Source: Marsupella aquatica (lineage: Eukaryota; Plantae; Marchantiophyta). From it: 64,000 nt of DNA. The position numbers and the translations under genes are program-made. Below, piece by piece: positions 1 through 11,406 of this stretch; the stretch's first letter is position 1; every line of letters starts with the position of its first letter. A model generated the notes under the pieces. It saw only the letters and a list, made by a program, of their open reading frames with translations, did no database searches and was not told where the DNA came from. The stretch is taken from positions 1,821,573 through 1,885,572 of the forward strand of contig OZ316899.1 of assembly GCA_973895155.1 (NCBI GenBank), given 5' to 3'.

Positions 1-4
1 GCGC

Positions 5-910
5 ATGCTTGCTTCAACTACCCTTGCTGGTGGACCCTCCACGGCAGGACCCTCTGAACATTCACAATTTGTCGCTCAGGTACGAGCTGAAGAAGCTGAA
101 GCCTGCATTCCAATCCTGAGGAGGATTGCTGACCTCTTGGTGCAGGATTGGCCTTCCAAACTCCATACTACTATCTCTTGGTCCTTAGAAGAGGCTGCCG
201 ATACCGTGAAAGAGCTCTTCAACTGTTCTATGATGTGCTACTTTACAGACAGGACTCCGATGCTACCCACCTTTAAATTCTGGGTCACTAATACCTTTGA
301 GAAGGAATTGCAGTGGCCTGTTACCCAAGTGAAATTTGTGGGGAAAATTTCTATATGGTTGTCTTTCAGCATCCAGAACATCATGACCTGGCGCTGGCTG
401 CCAGCGCCCCCTGGTTCCTGGACCATAAATTACTGGATAGTTCCAAATAACTTAGTAATCCTTGTTTTCTCTTTTCCTTGGGATCCATCTTTCAATGTGC
501 GAAACGAATCTTATACGGTGCTCCCTGTGTGGATCGAAATACCATTTAGAGCCCTGGTGCTTGAACCTTGTCGAAGAAAGCTGGCTTCTTCCCTCGGTGA
601 CATTCTTCACTACATTCAGGGTGACATGCTGAGCTCCTACCCACATGATTGGGCGTGTATACTCTGGGATACCCAAAGAGAGGTGCCTTGGAGTGTTGAG
701 GTGCAGATCAAGGCAGGTCTTTCAATTTGGCAGCCGGTTGTTTTCAAGAACATTCCTTTTCACTGTTTCCGGTGCCATAAGAAGGGGCACCTTGCACGGG
801 ATTGCCGTCTACAAAAGACTCCTGCTGCTGATGCCGTGGAGGAGGCAGTGCTGGTCCCGTCCAATCCTAATGATACTGATCCTGCCTCTCAACATGAATT
901 GGTTTTCTGA
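5..910 (+). CDS. LINE ORF1 protein (DUF4283-like region plus CX2CX4HX4C zinc knuckle); low-complexity C-terminal part continues frameshifted to ~1680
   Basis: PVWIEIP motif typical of plant L1 ORF1; CFRCHKKGHLARDC knuckle; lies upstream of the endonuclease ORF. Confidence 0.8.
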   Translation: MLASTTLAGGPSTAGPSEHSQFVAQVRAEEAEACIPILRRIADLLVQDWPSKLHTTISWSLEEAADTVKELFNCSMMCYFTDRTPMLPTFKFWVTNTFEKELQWPVTQVKFVGKISIWLSFSIQNIMTWRWLPAPPGSWTINYWIVPNNLVILVFSFPWDPSFNVRNESYTVLPVWIEIPFRALVLEPCRRKLASSLGDILHYIQGDMLSSYPHDWACILWDTQREVPWSVEVQIKAGLSIWQPVVFKNIPFHCFRCHKKGHLARDCRLQKTPAADAVEEAVLVPSNPNDTDPASQHELVF

Positions 911-1741
911 GAAGATCTCCAAGGACAAGGGATTGGAAGCAGATACCTCTCATCTCCAGATCCTAATGACGCCTCTACCTCTGATCCACTTCCGGGCCCC
1001 AGTGATCCACCTGACAATGAGATAGTGCTTTTTGGGACTGCTCCTCTGCAAGCTGGACCTGCCCACCCAGTGGTGGTCACCCGCGCAATTGATGAATTAT
1101 CTGTCGCACTTAGGCTGGATGTGACTGCTACCCAATTTCTGTCAGATCCAGATGAAATACCTAGAGTCTACAACAGTGAATTACAACAACTTAGCAATGC
1201 TCCCTTGCGCTTCTGGAGGCTCTAGATGGGACTGATGTCAAACCTTTGGCGTTGGCCCTGGTGATACTACCAGAGACTCGCTTTGAACCTGATAAGGGAG
1301 TCTCAGATGACATGGAAGAAGGTGACGAGGAGCTCTCAGCTTCTGATATACCCTCTGACATGGAGTTATTAGAATACGAGGGATTCATTTCATGCACTGC
1401 GATAAAGAAGGACCGGGCCAGGAAGCTGGCTTGGCGCTCACCACCTCATGAAAAAAAGAAAGAGAATGGTAAGAAGAAAGCAAAAAATCAACGTTCCTTA
1501 CAGTTCTCATCCGGATGGGTGACGCCTGGGCGCAGGCTCTCCAGGGAGATGAAAAAGAAATCAATGGGGTCTCCTTTGGGTTTAGTGGATCCTCAACCGT
1601 CTACGGCGCTGCCCTACTCCCCCCATATTGTGCACATCCCTGTCGGTCCTTCGCAAGACTCTGTGGGTGGAGGACTCTAACAGCCTATGGTGATTTCTCC
1701 CCCTTGTTAGTGATCTCCTGTGGGGGAGGGAGGATAGGTTG

Positions 1742-4380
1742 ATGAAGGTTTTTTGTTTTGCCTCGTGGAATGTATGTGGTTTATGTGACCCCAATCGCAA
1801 ACTTGTGGTGGTCAAATGGATTTCTTCCCTGCGCACTCCTCTTGATGCCCTTGCGCTGCAAGAAGTTAAAGCTGATGGTTTTCGTCTGGATACTGCTCTC
1901 AGAACTATTTTGCCTTCCTATCATCACCTCTACTCTGCTCCTGAGGATGGTCGGGGAGGGGTGGCCCTCCTCCTTCATCCTTCTTTTACTATTACTTCTA
2001 CTGGCTTGCTTGATAAGGGCCGTGTTGTTTGGGCTCTGCTGGCGCATGGAGAAGGGAATTTTGGCTTTTTATCAGTGTATGCACCGAATAATACTGGGGA
2101 ATGGACCTTGTTGTGGAATGGACTCCCTTGCAACCGTTGGGTTGTTTGTGGGGATTTCAACATGACGGAATTTTGTTGTGACTCCACGGGCGTTTCACCT
2201 CTACTTGCTGGACGGGAATTAGAGTTTTGGAGGTTTTTGAAGACCTGCCTCGACTTACAAGATGCAATTACCATTCTGAACGAGGTGACAGGTTCTAGGT
2301 TCACTTGGCGCAAGGTGCGGAATGGTATACTTATTCAGTCCCGCCTTGATCGGTTTACTTCAGTGAGAAAGGCAGATGGACTGACGAGATTGTTGATCTC
2401 ACTCATGACGGGACTTCTGCGCTGTCTGACCATGATCCAATGATTATTTCTTTCCGAATGGGTTCCATTGCATTGGTTGAATCACAAAGGCGATGAGGCA
2501 CATACTTTAAGGCTAATCCGATTGTGCTCAGGGACTCCGCAAATCTGGAACGACTTAAATTGGCATGGACAGACAGAACTGAGGATGTTGTTGACCCCCA
2601 CCTGAAATTAGATCGGGCCTTCCATAGGTTTTGTTTCTACTTCATGGATCTTCAGTCCTTGAAACGACCTCAAGAGGTCAAATTGGCTGAACTTAAAGAG
2701 AGGCTACGACTTCTTAAGATTTCCATCATGGATGACTACTCTGTAGACAGCATCAGGGATTTCTCCTCTACCGAAGACTGTGTTTGGACATTGGATCTAG
2801 CGGAGGCACATCACAACCGCAGGCTCTCCCGGATTAAATGGCTTGGCCATGGGGACGAGCCCTCTAAGTTTTATTTTTCCTTAGTGAAAGCTAAACGTCA
2901 GAGGGAGAAAATGGAGGTGCTACTAGTAGAAGGCGGTGAGATGATTCTGGAGGAAACACTAATTGTAGAGGAAGTGCAGAGATATTGCAAGGAATTATAT
3001 TCACCGCCTGAGATGAGTGCTACACTTGTGAGCGAGAGGATAGCTGCCCGCAGGAGACTGAGCAGCCACACTCATTTTGCCCCTTCTGCGTTTGAGATCC
3101 GGAAACTTGCAGGTCTTCCATCCATACAGGAATTACATGAAACATTGATGCTGCTGCCCACTGATAAAGCCCCAAGAGTGGACGGGTTGACAGCAGAGGT
3201 TTTCAAGTGCTATTGGGAATTTATGAAGGTTGATATTCACAGTATGGTCCGTGAGTTTTGGCGGACTGGAGAACTGGCACACTACATCAAAGATGGGGTG
3301 ATTTGATTCATCCCCAAGAAAACTGACAAGAGGAAACTGAGCGATTGGCGTCCTTTAACTATGCTGACCACTATGTACAAAATCTTGGCTAAACTGCTGG
3401 CTGTGAGACTAAAGGTGCTTCTCCCTAAGATAATCAATCCTCGGCAGACAGGATTTATCCCAGGTCGACATATCTTAGAAAACATTTCCCTTACTTGGTT
3501 AATGATCGACTGGCTGAGCTACACTGGAACTCTTGCTCTCTTCCTTAAACTAGATTTTGAAAAGGCTTTTGATCGAGTGGACCACTCGTACATCTGGGAC
3601 ACGATGCACCTTTTGGGACTTGGCCCACATTTTATCTTCCTAGTTAAATCGCTCCTCAGTAATGCAAGCTCTAAGGTTCTTGTCAATGGGATCTGGACTG
3701 CTGATGTCCGGATGCTTTGGGGTGTGCGACAGGGCTGCCCCTTGTCCCCCCTTCTCTTTGCCATTTCGACACAGCCGTTGATGGATTTTTTCAGTGCAAA
3801 AATCAATGCTGGCAGGCTCCAAGGCATCCAAGTCTCTCAGTTTCTGAATATTTGCTTTCAACTTTTTGCGGATGATTTAGGACTTTTTATCCCTGCTACG
3901 GAAGTAGCTTTCAATCAAGCCCAGGATGCTATCCATTGCTATGAGATGGCTACGGGAGCTAAGCTCAATCTGAAGAAATCTATTGTTATTCCTTTTTCTG
4001 TTGATGTGATCCCAAACTGGTTGAAGGACATTGGGTGTTTTATCAGTGAACCCGGCGTGGTGCAAAAGTACCTGGGTGCACCCTTCAGGAATGGACTAGC
4101 TGAGAGCCAACTCCATTGCTTCTGTCTTGATCGTATTGGGGCTAGGCTCTCTTCATGGTCTACACGTTTCTTATCATTTATTGGCAGATTGCTCCTGGTG
4201 AAACATGTCCTCCAAGCCATTCCGGTATACCACATGATGTTCTTGCGGTCACCGAAGGTTTTGACCAAGAAACTGATTGCTCTGAGCAGAATCTTTCTAT
4301 GGGGCACTAATGTGCTGGGGGGCAGGCGTGTCCCGTTGGTGGCATGGGAGAAGCTTACTCGTCCCAAGCTGGATGGGGGC
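1742..4380 (+). pseudogene. LINE ORF2 (APE endonuclease plus reverse transcriptase), frameshifted and truncated
   Basis: Endonuclease motifs FASWNVCGL, LQEVK, VYAPN, CGDFN, SRLDRF. RT motifs KAPRVDG, KLDFEKAFDRV, GVRQGCPLSP, LFADD, KYLG. Frameshifts near 2357, ~2450-2520 and 3305. Confidence 0.92.
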
Positions 4381-5282
4381 TGTGGTGCGTCCCATGGCTC
4401 CCTAAACCCAAGAAACTCCTCTGCTCAAGCCGATTCCCGCAGGTTTTGCTCTTGGCGAGGCCAATTTTGCGGCTTAGTGGCATGGGACGCTGCTAACTTC
4501 CTTTTACTACTATTGCTATTAATATTTTACTCACATATACTGGACAGATCCTTCATCGGGTCATGAGATACGTAGCCGGCCTATTCTTGGCCTTCCCTTG
4601 TCCTCCTCTCTTGGTTTTCCTTTAGGTATGTTTGGATTTTGCCGTCGGAATGATCCCCAATTGGCTTGGGTAAGCCGCTAAGACCTCTCTCAGCTTGACA
4701 CATCCAACTCTTACTACCTTGCTTACTCCCTTCTTGGTTGATGTGGGCAATCTTCAAACAAGTTAATGCAACACAAAAATAACAAAATGACTCCTTCTGA
4801 CTGAGTTATACCATGCACTTGCCATACAAACAGTACTTCTCATATACAAGATCTGCAAACTAAGCCGTGAGGCCAACTCTATTCATTTCTTAGGTATGAG
4901 GAAACATGAATATACACAAGGGTCACAGTATAACTAACCAAGAGCTTCTTTAACTACTTGATCCCAGCCCTGCTGGTGCACTAAAAACTTGCTAAGAAGG
5001 CCCTCAACTCCCCGCTGCCCAGGTACTTATCCTGGTAGTGGATCTGCCTAATTCCTTGCAGCGTAAGCCTAATCTACCTAACTGTAATCTACCTATGTAC
5101 AGCGAGGCAGGAGCACAAGTGTTGCTCTTACCAGTGGATCCGCAATCCCACTAAGCTAAGTGTCAGGGCCGCCCCTTGGTCCTGATCCTAATTCTAAACT
5201 TGGAGATCTGAGCCCGCCCTGCCCACTCACGCCTCCTCCCTCCACGTCCGCCCTCCTCAAAAGGAGCGGCCCTCCACCACCG

Positions 5283-5651
5283 TCATGGCAGCGGTGTTTG
5301 GTCCTCAATGGACGCCCCCAACACTTCCTCCACAGCCACTACCGTAGGTCCGTCCTCTGACAGATTACCTGCTCCTGACCAAGTCAACTCTCCATCGGCC
5401 TGACTGGGTCCACCCTCGGCTTCGGCCTCAGCATCGGCTACGGCCTCCCCGACATGTTCTAGTGATGGATCCGGTACCCCGGCTTCATCACCGAGTATCC
5501 TGGCCCCGGCTTCATCATCCCCGCCTTCTAGGGCAGTTGGATCCTCTACCGTGACCCTGTCTGAGGTTGGTGTTGGGTTTACCTCCTTGGTCACGACGGC
5601 TTGAGGAGCCGTATTACTCCCTGACCCAGAAGGTTTCCGCTTCTTCTTCAC
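5283..5651 (-). pseudogene. C-terminal end of the family-B LTR-encoded accessory ORF
   Basis: Translation (KKKRKPSGSGSN...GASIEDQTPLP*) matches the end of ORF 57659-58273 in another family-B LTR. Confidence 0.8.
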
Positions 5652-6321
5652 CCTAGAAAGTACTCTACTTCTCCCTGACATGGTCTGACCTCAGCCACAT
5701 GCCGAACATGACTAGTATTAAGTTTAGGACATGCGTCTTTATGATGTCCGGTTTTATAACATAAGGCACACCATACAGAGCTATCCTCGAGTACTACCTT
5801 CTTCTTTGGTTTTACCTCTGCTATTATAGCTTTAAGCTGCTCGGTAAGAGCTACGATGTTATCTAGCATTTTAGCTTCTAACTTGACTTTCAACTTCCCC
5901 CTCCTTCTACCCTTCTTTTTCCAAGATTTTTCTTCTTCAGAACTAGAAGATGACTCACTCTTGCTACTTCCACTATCCGAGCTTGAGTTATCACTTCTTG
6001 ACTTCTTAGAATGTTTCTTTTTCTTATCTTTTTTCTTATGGGGTGATCCATCCTCCGATGAGGAACTCTCAGACTTGAGCTGTTTTTTCCAGCTTGTGAT
6101 GTCCACATTAATGTATAATTGAATATCTCTAATTGCCTCGGCTAAAGTCTTTGGGTTCTCCTTCCTAATTGCAAAACTCATCTTCTGTGGCAAAGCATTT
6201 ACCAACCATTGAAGTTGCATACCTTCAGATGCATTGGTCTTTGTACGTCTTACCAGCTTTTGGAAGCGTTGCAAGAACTTTCTGAAGGATTTGTTCTCCT
6301 TGAACCGAAGTCATCCCAATG

Positions 6322-8990
6322 TGTGACGCCGATGACATGGTCCTTATTCTATAATCTGAGTAACTAGGTTGCTGTATGCAAGGAGTAGCTATTGATACCG
6401 CATAACAATTAGCAAGCTGGCAATAATAAGGGCAATCATGGTGTTAAGAGTAGGGATAAAGGTATTTCAGCTTGAACACAACCAAGGCAGACACAGTTGA
6501 GGTAGTCACTGTCAAGGCCATAAAGGAGAAGTTGGGGAAGAGAGGAGGAAGCGAGTCTCCATAACTGAATATGAAGTTGTGTGGTATGGTGATTGGTCTC
6601 ATGATAAAATTTGAATGTCTTGGGTGTGTAGCTTCATTTTGTTAGTTAGGTTAGTGGTTCATAGTCTAGTCTTAGAATGTTAGGGAAATAAAAGGCTATG
6701 TCGCGCGTGGTTGGCAACCATATCTCGTTCAATATGTCACCAAATCCGGATCTGTAAAGAGCATTGGAAAGATCTGGTCAAGGCAAGTAAAATCGATATA
6801 AAACACTTGGGAAACGGAGGTGTATTAAGGAAGATACGGCCTGATTAGTGTGACGGGTTAACTTGTGGCCGGAATTAGCGGATTCGGCTTCAGTTTCGGG
6901 TTAACCCAAGCTCGGCCACGGCTTAGCTTAGGTAAGCACGGCTTCAGCTTAGCTTAGGTAAGCACGGCTTCAGCTTATCTCAGGTAAGCACGGCTTCAGC
7001 TTAGCTCAAGTAAGCACAGCTTCAGCTTAGGCTTAACCCGGGTTCGGATTAGATTGATCCCGAGTTAGCCTAAACTCGGGCTCAGGTTAGCATAGGTAAG
7101 CTCGGGTTCGGGCTCAGCTTAGGTTAGCGGTTAGCGGATAGCGCATAGCGGGTAGCGGCCTAACCCGAGACCACGGGTTAGCTCTACTCGGGTTAGATAG
7201 GATAGCTAGGTTAGCCGAACTCGGGTTAGCTATGTAACTCGGGTTAGCGCAGCAGTGAGTACCCCCTCTCGGTTGCGGGGGCATAACTCTCTGTGTATTT
7301 GACCAAATTGGCTATAATTGACCTCGTTGGAAAGAGGAGCTCAAGCCGCTTCCAACGCTGCTATCCATGCAGCAAATGGTTGAATAGAGAAATCAGGAGA
7401 GGAGGCGCAAGCTCGCAAAAACCATGGAGGAGGGCCAAATCCGAAGACATAGCCAATTCGAGATAGAAATAAAGTTGCGAGTTAGGGTTCAGTAGTTAGA
7501 GATAGTGGCGGCTCTGTTAGGGCTGGGATGGGGCTCCAGCAGCGTAGTATCCACCCATTTGGGCTCAGTATGAGAGTATATAGAGCAGCCCCCGATAGAG
7601 GCAGGGGGGGACTTCAGTTGTGTGATCTCACTTAGACTGAGTAGCAGGGAGGAGATCTGTGCAAGCAAGGCTGGACTTGGACGCTGTGTGTTGGGGAGAG
7701 CTTGGTTGTGCTATTACTCAGGGAGTAATCAGCCAAGCTTCACAGCTGCAACGGGTTGCTAGGTTTGCGAGTTGGATTGTGGCTCTTTCTAGTGGGCAGC
7801 ACAACTGGGTTCTTTTCCCCCGATACAGAGCCTTGGTGATAGGTGATGTATTGGTGATTGTAAACTGTGGGGAGGATGTCAATTTGATTTGTGGTGAGCA
7901 CGTTAGGGAGGCTGAGACACTGATTGAGGGGCAGCAGGAGGAGCATTTACAATTCAGTCTGGCAAGGCTACGTGATCCATGGGGAGTCCCGGCCTTTGTC
8001 TGGTGGAGAGCACTAAGGGATCTATGGCCAGAGCGGAGCTTGCAGGGCAAGCATGAGGCCGGGCCTCATTGCAGTCTGGGGTAGATCGCCGTTAGGCCTG
8101 GTACCAGCTTTGAAGTCGAGTCAACTGTGCATGCGTAACTTGACATTCGGAAATGGAGGTGTGAGATCTGTATGTGCCCCCAAGAATGAAGTGCAGTGAA
8201 GGAGGTTGAGTTCAGGATTGAGTTTGCAAGGCAAGTACGGGATTGGTTCGAGTCCAATCTGCCGTCGCAATCTGGAGTGAGCCGGGCTCAGGTTCAAGAT
8301 TGAGCTTGCATGACAAGCACGGGGCTTGCGGGGCAAGCACGTCGCAATCTGGAGGAGACAGCCTTTGGGCCTAGTGTTCGGATCAAGTGTTCTCAATGAA
8401 CTATTGTGCACATCTTTGAATCTAATTGAGTTTTCCTCTTCGGCCTCATTTCTCTCATGGATGTGTGTGTGTGTGAGGCAATCTGAGTGTATGATGGGAC
8501 TAGCAGCGCCACTGAGAGGTGTACAGGGTGCATTGAAGCCGGCTGGGTGAGGACTGTCATAGCTCTGATTGCTGAGAGTGGAATGGCAGAGTGGTGGGGC
8601 AATGGCTTAGAAGTCCCTAAGCCGGGAATCAGTCAGGAGTCACTGGTTTATGGGTACATTCCGGCAGCGGAATAGAAACATACCTATGACAGTAAGCATA
8701 CATATAGACCTATGCGCACCGTAGCGCTAGGCCCTGTGTGTACGGGCCCGATATGAAGACCCCTTCTCACCAGAACTATCATGAGCACAGATCTGATCCC
8801 AACCTTGGTTCCTTGGGATTGAGCGTGGGTGATGTGTGATAGAGTCTTGCTATGATAGTCTGGTGTTAAGGGCATAAATTGGTGTTTACCGGCCTTCACA
8901 ACATCCCTTCGTGATCCTCGGGTACAAGGAGATGGTTTTGGCACCCATAGTGACGTTTTTGGTGTTAAGACCCATGTCAATCGCGTGACA
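6322..8990 (-). mobile_element. Solo LTR (2669 bp) of an unrelated LTR-retrotransposon family
   Basis: Perfect 5-bp TSD CAATG (6317-6321 and 8991-8995). TG...CA termini with imperfect inverted ends (TGTGACGCCGATGACATGG / CCATGTCAATCGCGTGACA). TATA-like GCTCTATATAC on the minus strand near 7580. The host gag continues across it. Confidence 0.88.
6921..7034. repeat. Tandem repeat, 26-bp unit x4 plus a partial unit, followed by degenerate CTCGGGTTAG repeats to ~7250
   Basis: Unit GCTTAGCTTAGGTAAGCACGGCTTCA starts at 6921, 6947, 6973 and 6999, with 0-3 mismatches and no spacers. Confidence 0.9.
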
Positions 8991-9099
8991 CAATGTCAGC
9001 ACTGCTAGCTCTGAGGTTCCAATGGGTCAAAACTCTTTACAAATAGTGATTTGAAGGTATGCCAGATGGCTTGATCTTCCACATCCAATGCTCTGCATG

Positions 9100-11300
9100 T
9101 TTCTGCAAGCCGCCGGATGTCCTCTGGCCATTGTCCTCCTGGTAAATCCTTCTCCCTTGCCAGGGCTGCCTCCTCTTCCTCCCTGCGTCGTTCCTGAAAC
9201 TCCTGTGCCGTCTGTTTTATGTCGTCAAAACTTGGGGGAGCGACATCTGGTGGGGGAGACTTGGGGCTGCTTTGCTGGGTTGGGTCCCCTCAAACTACTC
9301 TTGGAAGAGTGGTGATGAACCTGCCACAGGTCCTTATTCCTGGAACATGGTGGTCCGACCCGTAGCCGGAGTCATCATTGTCGTAGCCTTCTATCGCCTC
9401 CTCCTCGGCTTGGACTACCGGCTCCCCCCGCTACTGTCCTGGTCCTGCCGTGAACACAACCCCACAGATCATGGGTCCTGGTTCCTCCAACTTCCACGTT
9501 GATCTCATCTTCTCCCTGTCGTGACCAGGGGCCTCGGGCTGCTTCTCCTCGGCTTCGGGACTTGAAGCTCCTACATACATTCGGACTCCCGGCTCGTGTT
9601 CCGGCCTCCTTCTCTCCTTGGCCCCGGTAAAGGGGTTTTCCATGGTAAGTTGGCTAAGGCTGACTTCGGAAGTAGTATTCTGTACTAGCCCCGTTGCCAC
9701 TGCCGTTCTCCTTTCCTTCTCCAACAATTTCAGCAGATTTTGCATGCCTGGTTGCTGCATCAGCAAGTCCTCCTTCCTCGGCCTAAACACCTGCTTGATT
9801 GTAGGATTGTCGGGCTGGGTCGGTTTCTCTATTGTCGGCCTTGGTTTCGGAACCTCCTCTGGTGCTCTTGCCTGCAGGGGTAGTACCGGGGCGCATATCT
9901 GGCTTCGGGCATACCGATACAATAGCAGTATGTGATAACCAAGTCGGGACAGGCTTCCCATGCCGATCACTAGCTGTTCCTCCTTCAAGATCTTCTTTAG
10001 TTGGGTGAGGAGGTACCCGTTGTAGTCTCGGCTTGGGTCTAGCCTCTCTGCCAGATAGACTTGTGCCTTGCCGATCTCTGCCCTCGGCAAGTTACAATGC
10101 ATGGTCACACGCAAGAAATCAATCATTTCTCCTATGTGCGGGTTGGTGCAGGTGTTTTGGAAGAAGCCATTCTTTGTTGATGGCCCTGGAAACAACCGAA
10201 ACTCCTTGTCTGGCAAGGTCTTCCTGGTATCTACTTTGGTCTTATTGCCCATCGGCAAGCCAAACTCTTCGGCAATCACCCGGGGAGTGAGATAGAAATC
10301 CTTCCCATACACCCTTGTGGAATTGGTCTCGGGCTCCCACGAATTCCAGTAAGTCTGAATCCGGTACCTCCGGCTTCAGCCATGGTAACTTTACGAATGC
10401 TTTCAAGCCGGATCTGGCCATGAAGCCCTGTTATTTCTGAGTCTGCATAGCCGTAAAGCATGCATCCTCTTCCCGCGCAAAGTGTAATTGCACCTCCTCG
10501 GGGAGGGTCGTCGCCCAACCTTTCCAGGTGTCATCTCTTGTTGGAACGGCATTGACGGGGTCAACCTCCTCCTCTTTGGCTTCCGCCTGCCTCCTGCTTC
10601 CCTGCTCTGCTGGTTTCCTGGGTGCCGCCAACCTCGTTCTTTTTGCAGGGGTGGCTTCTTTGTTGTTGTTCCCTTTTCTCTTCATAGCGGTTGCCGTGGA
10701 TGTTTCTCCTAGCATGGTTGCCTTTGTCCACCCGTCCGTGCTACCCTTCAACTCCTAGTGTATGTCATTGCAGTGGTTGATGGCCTCTCGGATGCCGACT
10801 ATCTTGTTCTCACAAAATAGAAGATCGTCGAGTTCATCGGCAGTAGGCGTCCACAAGAATTCAGCTATAATGATTTTTCCTCCTAAGAAAGCAGACTTTT
10901 GCAGCTCCCACAGTCGAGCAAGCTCCTACCGTTCTCAAGCCGCTCTCTCTGATTCTTCATCCTGGTAGGTCCCAATGTACTCAGTTGCCCGTTCTAACAT
11001 GCATCCCCAAAAATGAGTTGCTTGATTGACGTTGCTCGTACCCCTCTTGAGTTGATCGTCGGTATCTGCTTCCACCCCGAGTGCTTGCCTGAGCAGCGGA
11101 CAGCAATTGGCCTCCCGTAGTCGTCCGCTTGGCTTGTGTTTGCAAATGAGCCGCCAGTCCTTGCGCTGGGTCCTTACCCCCCCCTTGGCTGGTCTTCCTT
11201 CCCGTTAGTAGCCGCTGGTACTTAGCGCGCCCTAACCCTAATCGTGTTTCCCCCGGCGTCCTTACTTTCGGCCTCGGCTTGGGTTCCATAGTCACCCTTA
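9100..11300 (-). pseudogene. N-terminal and middle part of the family-B LTR-encoded accessory ORF
   Basis: ORFs 9431-10312 and 10431-10751 (minus) are near-identical in translation to ORFs 13697-15131 (+) and 39583-40449 (+). Confidence 0.85.
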
Positions 11301-11406
11301 ATTGTTTATATTTCCCTATTTTTGTTACTATACTAAGGTATTTCCTAGGGTACACTCCTGATTTTACTAATTAAACTGGCCTAATGATTCCTAGCTAGGC
11401 ATCACA

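Larger units (their letters stand above)
5..4380 (+). mobile_element. L1-clade non-LTR retrotransposon (LINE), 3'-truncated at an LTR insertion
   Basis: ORF1 with CCHC knuckle, followed by ORF2 with APE endonuclease and RT motifs. The sequence switches abruptly to an LTR terminus (TGTGGTGCG) at 4381, and no 3' remainder is found in the window. Confidence 0.93.
5651..9100 (-). pseudogene. gag: gag fragment (capsid C-terminus, K/S-rich linker, CCHC knuckle), split by the solo LTR at 6322-8990
   Basis: RFQKLVRRTKTNASEGMQLQWLVNALPQKMSFAIRK and CALCYKTGHHKDAC align with gag 24945-26030. The reading frame continues across the insertion at 8996-9100 (FVKEF*PIGTSELAVL). Confidence 0.85.
4381..11406 (-). 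mobile_element. Internally deleted family-B Ty3/gypsy: 5' part of LTR (11406-~9100), gag fragment, 3' part of LTR (~5651-4381)
   Basis: On the minus strand it begins TGTGATGCCTAGC at 11406 and ends GACGCACCACA at 4381, the same termini as the family-B LTRs at 13033/38840 and 39026/59169. A gag piece similar to the family-A gag lies between the two LTR parts. Flanks do not match, so there is no TSD. Confidence 0.85.

Noticed and set aside
4381-4566. C-terminal extension of the LINE RT ORF (CGASHGSLNPRN...DRSFIGS)
   Set aside because: It is read-through into the antisense end of a family-B LTR; the same peptide tail appears at 38667-38840 and 58996-59169.
6921-7034. CRISPR-like array
   Set aside because: The units are head-to-tail with no unique spacers, there are no cas genes, and the context is a eukaryotic LTR.
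7030-7260. Interstitial telomeric repeat
   Set aside because: It contains TTAG words but no run of TTAGGG or TTTAGGG units; it is degenerate LTR-internal repeat.
8461-8476. (GT)n microsatellite and other short SSRs (GCAACG x3 at ~14750; CAACCT x3 at ~61975)
   Set aside because: Short, ordinary slippage repeats inside TEs with no further structure.
7659-8980. ORFs of 60-141 aa within the solo LTR
   Set aside because: No recognisable motifs, overlapping in several frames, and inside a TSD-bounded LTR; treated as chance ORFs.
9005-9025. tRNA-Met PBS remnant (GCTCTGAGGTTCCAA resembling GCTCTGATACCA)
   Set aside because: The sequence is gag coding (PIGTSELAVL) and aligns with family-A gag at ~25940-25960.
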